From: an uncultured delta proteobacterium
Lineage (GTDB): Bacteria; Desulfobacterota; Binatia; DP-6
Reading direction: 5' to 3'
DNA length: 64,000 bases
Assembly: GCA_963815115.1 (NCBI GenBank)
Contig: CAWFFN010000005.1
Location: forward strand, 1,184,001-1,248,000
Position numbers and translations under genes: made by a program. Shown here in pieces: positions 10,666 through 20,043 of this stretch (positions within the stretch are counted from its first letter, which is position 1; each line of letters opens with the position of its first letter). The notes below the pieces were generated by a model that had not been told where the DNA came from, ran no database searches, and saw only the letters and a list, made by a program, of their open reading frames with translations.

Positions 10666-11406
10666 GTGCAGCTGCGCCTGACCGTCGAGTACGAGGGAAC
10701 GCGCTTCCTCGGGTGGCAGCTCCAGCCCGGCGGTCCGACCGTGCAGGGGGAGCTCGAACGCGCACTCGCCGTCGTGCTGCGGGAGCCGGTGCGCGTGCGT
10801 GGCGCGGGGCGGACCGACGCGGGCGTCCACGCGCGCGGCCAGGTCGCGGCGGCGCGCGTGTCCGCGCCGCCCGCCGACCCGGGCCGCCTGCTCCGCAGCC
10901 TGAACGCGCTCCTTCCGGACGACGTCGCGGTGCGTGACGTCGCGCTGGTGGACGACGGGTTCAACCCCCGCCGCGATGCCCGCAGCCGCGTGTACGAGTA
11001 TCGCATCCTCGCCTCGCCGGCCCAGTCGCCGTTCTGGCGGCGCTGGTCGTGGCACGTGCCGCGCCCGCTCGACGTGGGCGCCATGGCGGCGGCGGCGCTC
11101 GCGCTGGTCGGGGAGCACGATTGCGCCGCCTTTCGCGGTGCCGACGCCAAGGAGACCCCGCGTTCGACGGTGCGGCGGATCTTCGAGAGCACGGTGCGCG
11201 CGGACCCTCCTCTGCTGGTCTATCGCGTCGAGGCGACGGCCTTCCTGAAGCACATGGTGCGCAACGTGGTCGGCACGCTGGTCGAGGTCGGTCTCGGCGA
11301 ACGTGCGACCGGCTGCATGGCCGAGCTGCTCGCCGGCCGCGACCGCACGCGCGCCGGGGCGACGGCCCCGGCGCGCGGACTCACCCTGGTCGAGGTGCGG
11401 TACTAG
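10666..11406 (+). CDS. truA: tRNA pseudouridine(38-40) synthase
   Basis: YEGTRFLGWQ, AGRTDAGVHA, FLKHMVR, TAPARGL. Confidence 0.96.
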   Translation: MQLRLTVEYEGTRFLGWQLQPGGPTVQGELERALAVVLREPVRVRGAGRTDAGVHARGQVAAARVSAPPADPGRLLRSLNALLPDDVAVRDVALVDDGFNPRRDARSRVYEYRILASPAQSPFWRRWSWHVPRPLDVGAMAAAALALVGEHDCAAFRGADAKETPRSTVRRIFESTVRADPPLLVYRVEATAFLKHMVRNVVGTLVEVGLGERATGCMAELLAGRDRTRAGATAPARGLTLVEVRY

Positions 11407-11466
11407 CCCCGAGCCACCCCCAAGCGCTCTTTCTTCCCGCTTGCGGTCCTGCTAACGCCGCCGCCG

Positions 11467-12372
11467 GTGGCGGGACGGCGTCGCACGTGGATGGTCGGGA
11501 GCGCGGCCCTGGTGCTCGCGGCATGGCCGGTCTGGTGGTTCATCGGGGTGCTCGCGGGTACGCCGCCGCCGGTCGTGCTGATCGGGGTCGCGGCCGCGGT
11601 GGCCTGGACCGTGGTCGTTCGCGTGCTCGATCGTCGCAGGCGTGAGCCGCTGCGCGTCACCCTGGCGACGTTCTTCTGGGGGGCGATCATGGCGGCGTGC
11701 GCGTCGGTCCAGTTGAACGACGCTCTCCTCGCGTGGACGGGTACGAGCGGGGCCGCGGCGCAGCATCCCGATCTCGTGCCGGTGCTGCTCGCCCCCGTGG
11801 TGGAGGAAGGCGCCAAGGCTGCGGCGCTCGTCCTGGTACTCGTGCTCGCCCGCGAGGAGGTGCACGGGGCGCTCGACGGCATGGTTTACGGCGCGCTCGT
11901 CGGCATCGGCTTCGCGATGACCGAGAACTTCTCGTACCTCACCCTGGCCGCGCTCCAGGGCGGCCCCGCCGGGCTGCTGCGGGGCATCTACCTGCGCGGG
12001 CTGCTCGGCGGCCCGGTGCACGCGACCTTCACCGCGATCGCGGGCGCGGCGCTCGTGGGATCGCGCGCTTTTCGCCGTGCGGGTGTGCGCTTCACGGTCG
12101 CGCTGGCGGGGCTGCTTGCCGCGATCGGCGAGCACGTCGTCTGGAACGGCATCGCATCCCGGACCCTGACCGGCGTGCTGTGCGGGCCGCAGTACCCCGG
12201 AGCGTGCCGGCCAGCGCCGGACACCAGGGCGCTGCTCGTTCAGGCGCCGCTGGTCGTGGCGCTGTTCCTCGGACCGGGCGTCCTCATGCTGCTCGCGATC
12301 GGTCGCCTGGCGGCCCGGCGCCGGGCGGTGTCCGGTCCGCCCGTTCCGGACGCCGGCTCCAGAAGTAGTTGA
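11467..12372 (+). CDS. PrsW family intramembrane protease
   Basis: APVVEEGAK, GFAMTEN, conserved His residues, multiple TM segments. Confidence 0.8.
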   Translation: MAGRRRTWMVGSAALVLAAWPVWWFIGVLAGTPPPVVLIGVAAAVAWTVVVRVLDRRRREPLRVTLATFFWGAIMAACASVQLNDALLAWTGTSGAAAQHPDLVPVLLAPVVEEGAKAAALVLVLVLAREEVHGALDGMVYGALVGIGFAMTENFSYLTLAALQGGPAGLLRGIYLRGLLGGPVHATFTAIAGAALVGSRAFRRAGVRFTVALAGLLAAIGEHVVWNGIASRTLTGVLCGPQYPGACRPAPDTRALLVQAPLVVALFLGPGVLMLLAIGRLAARRRAVSGPPVPDAGSRSS

Positions 12373-13492
12373 AGATGTCGTTCACGCCGTAGCCCGGACG
12401 GAAGGTCTCGGGAGTGCCGCCCCCGCCCAGGTGCTGCTGCCAGCGCTCCCAGATGACGGTCTGCGGGCAGTCGAAGCAGATCGAGCGTGCCGCCGCTCCG
12501 CCGCCGTCGCGCGCGCGGTAGAGGCTACGCGCCTGGCGGAACCGCGGCCCGTTCCAGGCCTCGCGGAAGCTGGCCGTGCCCACCTCGTCGGGCGTCACGG
12601 CGATGTGTCCCATGTCGTCCTCGCGGTAGAAGCTTCCGCAGCACGGGGCGACACCGCCGTCGTTGTTCACCACCGCGTACGACCAGAGGTAGACGCAGGG
12701 AAACGGCTTCGGCTCGCCGTAGTAGACATAGCGCCCGTCCGGATCCCACTCGTCTCCGACCACCCATCCCTTCTCGACCACGAAGGTCATGTCGAGCTCC
12801 CGCGCCATGGCGCGGGCGAGCTCCACGTCCTCCACGTTGTGCGGGAAGACGTGGAACGACCAGTTCATCGCCGGGGTCTTCGAGCGCAGCTTCCGCTTCG
12901 CCTCCAGGACCAGCCGGCAGTTGCGCAGCACCGTCGCGAGATCGCCGCCCACGCGGTAGCGCTCGTAAGAGTCCTGACGCGCGCCGTCGATGGAGACGCC
13001 GAGGACGGTGAGCCCCGAGCGCACGAGGCGCTCGGCGCGCGCGGCGTCGAACGGCACGCTGAAGTTGGTACTGATGAGGGTCGAGATGCCGCGCGCCGAC
13101 GCCGCCTCGATCATCGGAACGACGTGGCGGCCGAGCAGCGGCTCTCCCCAGTTGCACAGCTCGATCCGCCACAGCGTGGACCCGAGCTCGTCGAGCAGCT
13201 TGTGGTAGAGCTCGAGGGACATGTGGCTGCGCGCGCGCCCGACCTGGCCGTCGCCGGTGAAGCAGGCGGGACAGCCGAGATTACAGATGTTCGTCGCTTC
13301 GAGGATCAGCTTGATGGGCAGGCTGCGCAGCTCGGCGCGCAGCGCGCGATGCTCCCAGCGTGCGCGCCACAGGTTGGCGAGGCGCCGCGGCGTGACGCGG
13401 GTGCCCTCGAACCCCGGATGCTGCAGCAGCCCGCGCGCCGTCCGCGTGACGTAGCGGAGCCGCGCGACGAGCCGGTCGGCGCCGAGGGGCAT
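12284..13492 (-). CDS. radical SAM protein with SPASM/twitch-like domain
   Basis: CNLGCPAC, NWGEPLL, VSIDG, C-terminal C..CC..CFDC. Confidence 0.88.
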   Translation of the reverse strand: MPLGADRLVARLRYVTRTARGLLQHPGFEGTRVTPRRLANLWRARWEHRALRAELRSLPIKLILEATNICNLGCPACFTGDGQVGRARSHMSLELYHKLLDELGSTLWRIELCNWGEPLLGRHVVPMIEAASARGISTLISTNFSVPFDAARAERLVRSGLTVLGVSIDGARQDSYERYRVGGDLATVLRNCRLVLEAKRKLRSKTPAMNWSFHVFPHNVEDVELARAMARELDMTFVVEKGWVVGDEWDPDGRYVYYGEPKPFPCVYLWSYAVVNNDGGVAPCCGSFYREDDMGHIAVTPDEVGTASFREAWNGPRFRQARSLYRARDGGGAAARSICFDCPQTVIWERWQQHLGGGGTPETFRPGYGVNDIFNYFWSRRPERADRTPPGAGPPGDRSRAA

Positions 13493-13524
13493 GCGTGCAC
13501 GGTATGCGGGCCCGAGGACGCCCG

Positions 13525-14862
13525 TCAATCACCTCGCCGCTTGCGCCATGCGAGGAGGCGCTCGCCGATCTCGCGCTCGTGGCCGCGGTCGGTGGGCTCG
13601 TAGTAGCGCCGGCCGCGGAGCGCGTCGGGCAGGTAGTCCTGCGCCACGACGGCGTCGGCATGGTCGTGCGGATACTCGTAGCCCGCGCCGTATCCGAGAC
13701 CCTTCATGAGCGGCGTCGGCGCATTGCGGAGGTGAAGCGGGACGGGGAGGGGGCCCGTGCTGCGCACGTCCTCGGTGGCCGCGATCATGGCGCGCGTGGC
13801 GGCGTTCGACTTCGGACAGGTCGCGAGGTAGGTCGCCGCCTGCGCGAGCGGCAGGCGACCTTCCGGCAGCCCGACGAAGTGTACCGCGTCCTTCGCGGCC
13901 ACCGCGACCGCGAGCGCCTGGGGCTCGGCGTTGCCGACGTCCTCGGCGGCGAAGATCACCATGCGGCGCGCGACGAACAGCGCATCCTCGCCCGCCTCGA
14001 GCATGCGCATCAGCCAGTAGACGGCGGCGTCCGGGTCGCCGCCCCGCATGCTCTTGATGAACGCGGAGATGACGTTGTAGTGCTCCTCGCCGCCCTTGTC
14101 GTAGCGCAGCGCGCGTTGCTGCGCGGCCTCCTCGAGCAGCGGGAGGTCGAGCGCCTGGGTCCGGCGCGCGCGCGCCAGGTGGCCGGCGAGCTCGAGGGTG
14201 CCGAGCGCGACGCGCGCGTCGCCCTGCGCGTGCGCCAGCAGGAACGTACGCGCCTCGGGGGAGAGCGCGAGGTGCGCCTTGCCGAGCCCGCGCTCGGGAT
14301 CGGCCAGCGCCCGGTCGACCAGCATGCCGATGTCCTCGGCGTCGAGCGGCTCGAGCACGAGCACGCGCGTCCGCGACAGGAGCGCGGGGATCACCTCGAA
14401 GGACGGGTTCTCGGTGGTCGCGCCGACGAGGACCACCGTCCCGCGCTCGACGTGCGGCAGGAAGGCGTCCTGCTGCGCCTTGTTCAGGCGGTGGATCTCG
14501 TCGACGAAGAGGAGCGTCGGGCGGCCGCTGCGGGCGAGCTCGTCGGCGGCGTCGGCCACGATCTGGCGCAGCTCCTTGACGCCGTGGAGCACGGCGGAGA
14601 ACGTGACGGTGGGAACGTTGCTCGCCTCGCCCAGGAGCTGCGCGAGGGTGGTCTTGCCCGATCCCGGCGGCCCCCACAGGATCAGCGACTCGAGCCGGCC
14701 GCTGGCGAGGAGATCGCGCAGCACGCGACCCGGGCCGAGCAGGTGGCGCTGCCCGACGAACTCGTCGACGCTCCGCGGCCGCATGCGTTCCGGCAGCGGC
14801 GCGCGGCCCCTCGCCGTCGGCGTCGCCGCCTTGCGCGGGAACAGCTCCGGCTGCCGCGGCAT
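13525..14862 (-). CDS. rarA: replication-associated recombination protein A (MgsA)
   Basis: PLPERMRP, WGPPGSGKTT, DEIHRLNKAQQDAFLPHVE, ISAFIKSMRG, VPLHLRNAPT. Confidence 0.96.
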   Translation of the reverse strand: MPRQPELFPRKAATPTARGRAPLPERMRPRSVDEFVGQRHLLGPGRVLRDLLASGRLESLILWGPPGSGKTTLAQLLGEASNVPTVTFSAVLHGVKELRQIVADAADELARSGRPTLLFVDEIHRLNKAQQDAFLPHVERGTVVLVGATTENPSFEVIPALLSRTRVLVLEPLDAEDIGMLVDRALADPERGLGKAHLALSPEARTFLLAHAQGDARVALGTLELAGHLARARRTQALDLPLLEEAAQQRALRYDKGGEEHYNVISAFIKSMRGGDPDAAVYWLMRMLEAGEDALFVARRMVIFAAEDVGNAEPQALAVAVAAKDAVHFVGLPEGRLPLAQAATYLATCPKSNAATRAMIAATEDVRSTGPLPVPLHLRNAPTPLMKGLGYGAGYEYPHDHADAVVAQDYLPDALRGRRYYEPTDRGHEREIGERLLAWRKRRGD

Positions 14863-14943
14863 GCACGGCGAGGCTACCACACGCCTCTCGGACTGGAACA
14901 GCCGCGGACGCCATGGTACGACGGCGCGGCGGCGAAGGTGGTG

Positions 14944-15834
14944 ATGGGGCGCATCCGCACGGTCGGCCTGGTGGTCAAGCGCAACCGGCCCCGTGCCACG
15001 CGGCTCGCGCGTCGCATGGTCGCCGCGCTTCGCCGCCGTCGTGTGAGCGTGCTCGCGGACGTCACGTCGCCGCTCGCCGGCGTGCCGTCGCGACCCACCG
15101 GCTCGCTCGCCCGCGAGGCGGATCTCCTGGTCGTGCTCGGGGGCGACGGCACGCTGCTGGCGGTGGCACGGCGCGCCGGTCCCCGCGTGCCGATCCTCGG
15201 CGTCAACATGGGCGAGCTCGGCTTCATCACCGAGGTGGCCGAGGGCGAGGCGCTGGTGATGCTGCGGCGCGTGCTCGACGGCCGCTACGAGGTCGACCGC
15301 CGCATGACGCTCAGCGCCGTGCTCGAGCGCGGTGGCCGCGTGCAGCACCGCTTCCGGGCGCTCAACGACGTGGTCGTGTCGAACGGCGCGCTGGCGCGCA
15401 TCGTGCGCTGTGCCGTGACCGTCGACGACCACCCGTTCACCACCTATCGCGCCGACGGGCTCATCGTCGCCACGCCGACCGGGTCCACCGCGTACTCGCT
15501 CTCGGTCGGCGGCCCCATCGTCGAGCCGACCCTGGAGATGCTGCTGGTGTCGCCGATCTCGCCGCACACGCTGTCCAACCGCCCGGTCGTGCTCCGGCCC
15601 GAGTCGGTGGTGCGGATCACGATCGAGCCCGGCCAGCAGGATGCGATCCTCACGGTGGACGGTCAGGAGGGCACGCCGCTGGCGGGCGGCGACGTGGTCG
15701 TGGTGCGCCGCGGCCGCGAGCCGGTGTTGCTGGTGCACTCACCGGATCGGACGCACTACGACGTGCTGCGCTCGAAGCTCGGGTGGGGGGCGCTCCAGGG
15801 AGGTGGGCATGCTGCGCGCGCTGCGCGTCTCTGA
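14944..15834 (+). CDS. nadK: NAD+ kinase
   Basis: LGGDGT, GVNMGELGF, LNDVV, TPTGSTAYSLSVGGP. Confidence 0.95.
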   Translation: MGRIRTVGLVVKRNRPRATRLARRMVAALRRRRVSVLADVTSPLAGVPSRPTGSLAREADLLVVLGGDGTLLAVARRAGPRVPILGVNMGELGFITEVAEGEALVMLRRVLDGRYEVDRRMTLSAVLERGGRVQHRFRALNDVVVSNGALARIVRCAVTVDDHPFTTYRADGLIVATPTGSTAYSLSVGGPIVEPTLEMLLVSPISPHTLSNRPVVLRPESVVRITIEPGQQDAILTVDGQEGTPLAGGDVVVVRRGREPVLLVHSPDRTHYDVLRSKLGWGALQGGGHAARAARL

Positions 15835-17500
15835 CCTCGCCATCATCGACGAGATCGAGCTCGTGCTCGAGCCGGGATTCAACGTCATCACCGGCGAGAC
15901 CGGCGCGGGGAAGTCCATCCTCCTGCAGGCCCTCGACATCGCGCTTGGCGGCCGGCCCGACGCCGACCTCGTGCGCACGGGCGCCGAGGAGGCCGTCGTC
16001 GAGGCGCTCTTCGTGGACGTCTCCCCCGCGGTGGTCGAGCTGGTGACGGCGGCCGGCATCCGGTGTGATGCGGGGCCGGAGCTGCTCGTGCGTCGCGTGA
16101 TCGGCCGCGGGGGACGGACGCGCGCCCACGTCAACGGCGCGCTCGGCTCGCTCGCGCTGCTGCGCGAGCTGGCGCAGCATCTCCTGCGTGTCTACGGACA
16201 GGACGAGCACCAGGCGCTCCGCCGCGTCGAGAGTCACCGCGAGCTGCTCGACGCCGCCGGATCGCTCGCCGCCGAGGTGGAGGAGATGCGGGCGCGCTTC
16301 ACGTGCCTCGCGGGCGCGCGCCAGGCGCTCGATGGGCGCCGCGAGGCGCAGCGCGCGGCGCGGGAGCGGCTGGACCTGATCCGCTTCCAGCGCGAGGAGC
16401 TGGAGCGGGCGGCGCTGGTACCCGGTGAAGAGCCCGAGCTCCTGACCGAGCGGACGCGCCTGGCGCACGCCGAGCGCCTGGGCTCGCTGGCGGGGACGGC
16501 GGAGGCGGCCACGTACTCGGGCGAGGCGTCGGCGGTCGACACGCTGGGGCGCGCGCTCGGCTCGCTGCGCGAGGCCGAGCGCCTCGATCCGGGGCTTGCC
16601 CCGATGCGCACGCTCGTCGAGACCGCGCTCGCGGAGCTCGAGGAGGCGGGCGGCCAGCTCGGACGCTATCTGCGGGGCCTCGCGCCCGACCCCGCGCGCC
16701 TCGAGGCGGTGGAGCGGCGGCTCGCCGACCTCACCCGCTTGCAGAAGAAGTATGCCGGCACGATCGAGGAGCTGATCCGCAAGCGCGACGACCTCGAGCA
16801 GGAGCTCGCGATGGCCGAGGACGGCGAGCGGGGAATCGCCGCGCTCGCCACGGCCGCCGAGGACGCCGAGCGGCGGGCGAGCGAATGGGCGGCGCGGGTC
16901 GGCGCCGCTCGCCGCCGCGCTGCCGGTCGCCTCGAGCGGTCGATGGCGATGGAGCTGCGCCAGCTCGCGCTCGAGGGCGCGCGCTTCACGGTCCGCTTCG
17001 CGGAGAATGACGGCGTCACGCTCGGGCCGTCCGGTGCGGACGAGCTCGAGTTCTTCCTCGCGGCCAATCCGGGGGAAGACCCGCGGCCGCTGGCGCGCGT
17101 CGCCTCGGGTGGCGAGCTGTCGCGTATCATGCTGGCGCTCAAGACCCTCATGGCGGGCGAGCGCGACGGCGCGACGCTGATCTTCGACGAGGTCGACACG
17201 GGAATCGGCGGCCGGGTGGCGGAGGTGGTGGGATGGAAGCTCCGCGAGCTCGGCCGGCGGCGCCAGGTGCTCACGGTGACCCACCTGCCGGTCATCGCGG
17301 CCTTCGCCGAGCATCACGTCGCGGTCGTGAAGCGCACCGTCCGCGGCCGGACCGTGTCCACGGCGAACCCGCTGTCGGACGACGCGCGGGTGGCGGAGCT
17401 GGCCCGCATGCTCGGCGGGGCGCGTCGCACGCGCGAAGCGCGGGAGCACGCCGAAGAGCTGCTGCGCGCAGGTCGCGGAGGGCGGCGTCCCGCGGCGTAA
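15809..17500 (+). CDS. recN: DNA repair protein RecN
   Basis: TGETGAGKS, ASGGELSR, IFDEVDTGIGG, VTHLP. Confidence 0.96.
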   Translation: MLRALRVSDLAIIDEIELVLEPGFNVITGETGAGKSILLQALDIALGGRPDADLVRTGAEEAVVEALFVDVSPAVVELVTAAGIRCDAGPELLVRRVIGRGGRTRAHVNGALGSLALLRELAQHLLRVYGQDEHQALRRVESHRELLDAAGSLAAEVEEMRARFTCLAGARQALDGRREAQRAARERLDLIRFQREELERAALVPGEEPELLTERTRLAHAERLGSLAGTAEAATYSGEASAVDTLGRALGSLREAERLDPGLAPMRTLVETALAELEEAGGQLGRYLRGLAPDPARLEAVERRLADLTRLQKKYAGTIEELIRKRDDLEQELAMAEDGERGIAALATAAEDAERRASEWAARVGAARRRAAGRLERSMAMELRQLALEGARFTVRFAENDGVTLGPSGADELEFFLAANPGEDPRPLARVASGGELSRIMLALKTLMAGERDGATLIFDEVDTGIGGRVAEVVGWKLRELGRRRQVLTVTHLPVIAAFAEHHVAVVKRTVRGRTVSTANPLSDDARVAELARMLGGARRTREAREHAEELLRAGRGGRRPAA

Positions 17501-17593
17501 TCTGCTGTATCTCCGCATCTATGGCGTCATGTCTTGACACCATGGGATCGGTTCGATAGCCCAAGCGGACCCCACTCACCCCCGGAGGTATCG

Positions 17594-18511
17594 ATGCGCC
17601 AAGCGGAAACTCTCGTCCGCCGGCTGCGCTCGAGTCGGCTCTTGGCGCTTCTCACCGGCCTGGGCTTGCTCATCGCATGCGCGGTCCAGCTCAAGACGAC
17701 GCACGCGCGCCTGCGCGAAGCGAGGAAGGAGCTCGACTGGACACGCGCACGGCTGGACGAGAAACGCGACATGGTGCGCCGCCAGCAGAACGAGCTGGCG
17801 CAGCTCGCCGCCGGAGTCGCGCGCGCGACGCGCGTCGGAACCGACGCGCGCGAGCACGCCGCCCGGCTCCGCCGCCTGGCGCGCCTCGAGGAGAGTCGCG
17901 AGCCCGAGACGTCGCCGGTCGAGCAGATCGCGGTGCTCGACTCGGGACAGCCCCTGGTGTCGGAGACGACGGCGCAGGCCCTCGAGCAGCTCGCGTTGCT
18001 CGAAGGGCAGACCGTCGCCGTCCACGATTCCGTCGTGCTGCTGAGCGCGCTGGTCGAGCACGGAGCGCCGGGCGACGGGACGCCGCCGTGGCTCTGGCCG
18101 GTGTCGGGACCGATCACCTCGGAGTTCGGCAGCCGCGGCTCGCCCTACGGCGGAGGCTGGGAGTTCCATCCCGGACTCGACATCCGTGCGGCGGCCGGCA
18201 CGCCGGTGGCGGCGACGGGCGCCGGCACGGTGATGTTCGCCGGCTGGATGAACGGCTACGGCAACATGGTGGTGGTCGATCACGGCTTCGACCTGAAGAC
18301 CGTGTACGGGCATCTCTCCGCCGTCTACGCCGACGTCGGGCACCAGGTGCGCGAGGGCCAGATCATCGGCGCGGTCGGGCAGACGGGCCGCGCGACCGGC
18401 CCGCACCTCCACTACGAGGTGCGCGTCGGCACCGCGCCGGTCGATCCCATGTGCTATCTCGCCGGCGGCGGCCGCACCGCGCGCCCGCTGACGTTGACCA
18501 CGCAGGGGTAG
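17594..18511 (+). CDS. M23 family metallopeptidase with N-terminal TM and coiled coil
   Basis: WPVSGPITSEFG, HPGLD, YGHL, TGRATGPHLHYEV; GGAGG SD. Confidence 0.92.
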   Translation: MRQAETLVRRLRSSRLLALLTGLGLLIACAVQLKTTHARLREARKELDWTRARLDEKRDMVRRQQNELAQLAAGVARATRVGTDAREHAARLRRLARLEESREPETSPVEQIAVLDSGQPLVSETTAQALEQLALLEGQTVAVHDSVVLLSALVEHGAPGDGTPPWLWPVSGPITSEFGSRGSPYGGGWEFHPGLDIRAAAGTPVAATGAGTVMFAGWMNGYGNMVVVDHGFDLKTVYGHLSAVYADVGHQVREGQIIGAVGQTGRATGPHLHYEVRVGTAPVDPMCYLAGGGRTARPLTLTTQG

Positions 18512-18522
18512 CCGGCTATAGG
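18494..18522 (+). promoter_or_regulatory. putative tRNA promoter
   Basis: TTGACC-17 nt-TATAGG, ~30 nt upstream of the tRNA. Confidence 0.5.
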
Positions 18523-18551
18523 GGCGGCCGGCGCGCCGAACCCGCCGTTGT

Positions 18552-18624
<73 letters not shown>

Positions 18625-18654
18625 TTCCTACCATTCCGCATGATTAGCACTCGC

Positions 18655-19833
18655 TCAGCTCAACGACGGCGCCGGCGCGGGCCTTGAATTTCTGACGTCC
18701 TGGGGCGGTTCTGGGGCGGTTTGCCCAAAGTCGCCCTTGATGACGTTCTCCTTGCGCCCCCGGTAGTCACTCGCCTTCTTCCCGGCGCGGCGGAGGTCGT
18801 CCAAATTAACGATGTGGTAGCGGCGGAGCATCGACTCGGTGCGGTGCCCCGACCACAGCATGACGGTATGCGGGTCGACGCCGGCGTCGATGTAGTGCTT
18901 GACGCCTGAGCGCCGCAGGTCGTGCGGGATGCGCCCGGCCATGCCGATCGCGGCGCAGGCGCGGTCCCAGACCTTCTGGAAATCCCCGAGACACGGCCGA
19001 CGACTACCGTCCCGGTCGAAACGAGGAGCGCCGCAGGTTCGGGCGTGGAAGATGAATGGGCAGGTCGGGCGGCGCTGCGCCTGCTGTCGCTCGATGACGG
19101 CCATCAGCTCGGGCGTGTGCTCGGGGTCGACGGGAATCTGCATCTCGCGCTTGGTCTTGTTGAGTTCCCGGCGGAGGGTGAGCGCCTGATCCACCTCGGA
19201 GTAGTCCCGCCATTCAAGTCGTCGGGCCGCTCCCACTCGCCACGGGCAGAAGAACAGGAACAGGACCACGGCGGCGATGTGCGACGGCAGGTGCTGGCAC
19301 AGCCGCTCGACGGCTGCGCGGCGGAAGAAGCCCTTGCGGACTCTGCTCTCGTCATCAGCCGGTTTCTGGATGTAAGGCCGCGACCGAGGTGAGAGTCGCT
19401 TCTTCTCCACTGCGAGCCGGCACCCGCGGTCGAGGAGCGCCAGTTCGATGCGGATGCTGGCGTCCGCTGCTCCCTGCTCGCGGCGGTGCGTGACGTACTC
19501 CTCGATGCGAGCCCCGAGGGTCACCACTTTGGCCCGGTTCCCGAAGTAGTGGACGAGGTGTCGGAAGGAACAGCGCATGGTCGGGAGAGAGCGGTTCTTC
19601 TTGAATCGGTAGTTGTCGACGAGCAACTTCTCGATGTCCCGCAGCGCGAGGCGCTCCTCGTGGGGTACAGCGTCTCCGCACTTCACCTTCTCGATCTTCT
19701 TGCGCAGCACCCGCCGCGCGCGTTCCTCGTCTACCTCCTCGGTCGACCCCCGCACGCGCTTGCCGTCCACCCAGAACACGTAGTGGTAGAATCGACTCCC
19801 TGGTTTCAAGAACACGTCGCCGTCACCTCTCAT
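18655..19833 (-). CDS. tyrosine recombinase/integrase (Int1), apparently intact
   Basis: N-terminal arm-binding region (GRVRGST-like), WRVG Arg, K, HDLRRS, WSGH, RRY Tyr; adjacent to tRNA. Confidence 0.93.
   Translation of the reverse strand: MRGDGDVFLKPGSRFYHYVFWVDGKRVRGSTEEVDEERARRVLRKKIEKVKCGDAVPHEERLALRDIEKLLVDNYRFKKNRSLPTMRCSFRHLVHYFGNRAKVVTLGARIEEYVTHRREQGAADASIRIELALLDRGCRLAVEKKRLSPRSRPYIQKPADDESRVRKGFFRRAAVERLCQHLPSHIAAVVLFLFFCPWRVGAARRLEWRDYSEVDQALTLRRELNKTKREMQIPVDPEHTPELMAVIERQQAQRRPTCPFIFHARTCGAPRFDRDGSRRPCLGDFQKVWDRACAAIGMAGRIPHDLRRSGVKHYIDAGVDPHTVMLWSGHRTESMLRRYHIVNLDDLRRAGKKASDYRGRKENVIKGDFGQTAPEPPQDVRNSRPAPAPSLS
18699..18720 (+). repeat. 11-bp-period direct repeat, putative integrase arm-type sites
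   Basis: CCTGGGGCGGTTCTGGGGCGGT, identical at 54933-54954. Confidence 0.7.
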
Positions 19834-20006
19834 GTCTCCTCCTTGCGGGTGAGCACGACGCGGAGCCCTTCCTCGACGAGCGCCTTGAACGAGGTCTGCC
19901 GCTGGATGGCGGCAATCTTCGCGCGCTTTATCAACTCGACCGGGAGCGTGACCGTCGTGGTCATGTCCCTGCCGCGCCGTTTCTTGACCCGCCGTTTGTG
20001 GGGCAT
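19830..20006 (-). CDS. small ribbon-helix-helix DNA-binding protein (58 aa)
   Basis: MPHKRRVKKRRGRDMTTTVTLPVELIKRAKIAAIQRQTSFKALVEEGLRVVLTRKEET*; stop overlaps int start (ATGA). Confidence 0.75.
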   Translation of the reverse strand: MPHKRRVKKRRGRDMTTTVTLPVELIKRAKIAAIQRQTSFKALVEEGLRVVLTRKEET

Positions 20007-20043
20007 GGAGGCTAGGATCGTATAGTCAAATGCCTGCTAGCAA

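Noticed and set aside
13495-15834. Apparent long N-terminal extensions or fusions (nadK 779 aa, leuB 759 aa, rseP 558 aa, WS/DGAT 932 aa)
   Set aside because: Extensions overlap neighbouring genes; true starts are internal, where family similarity begins.
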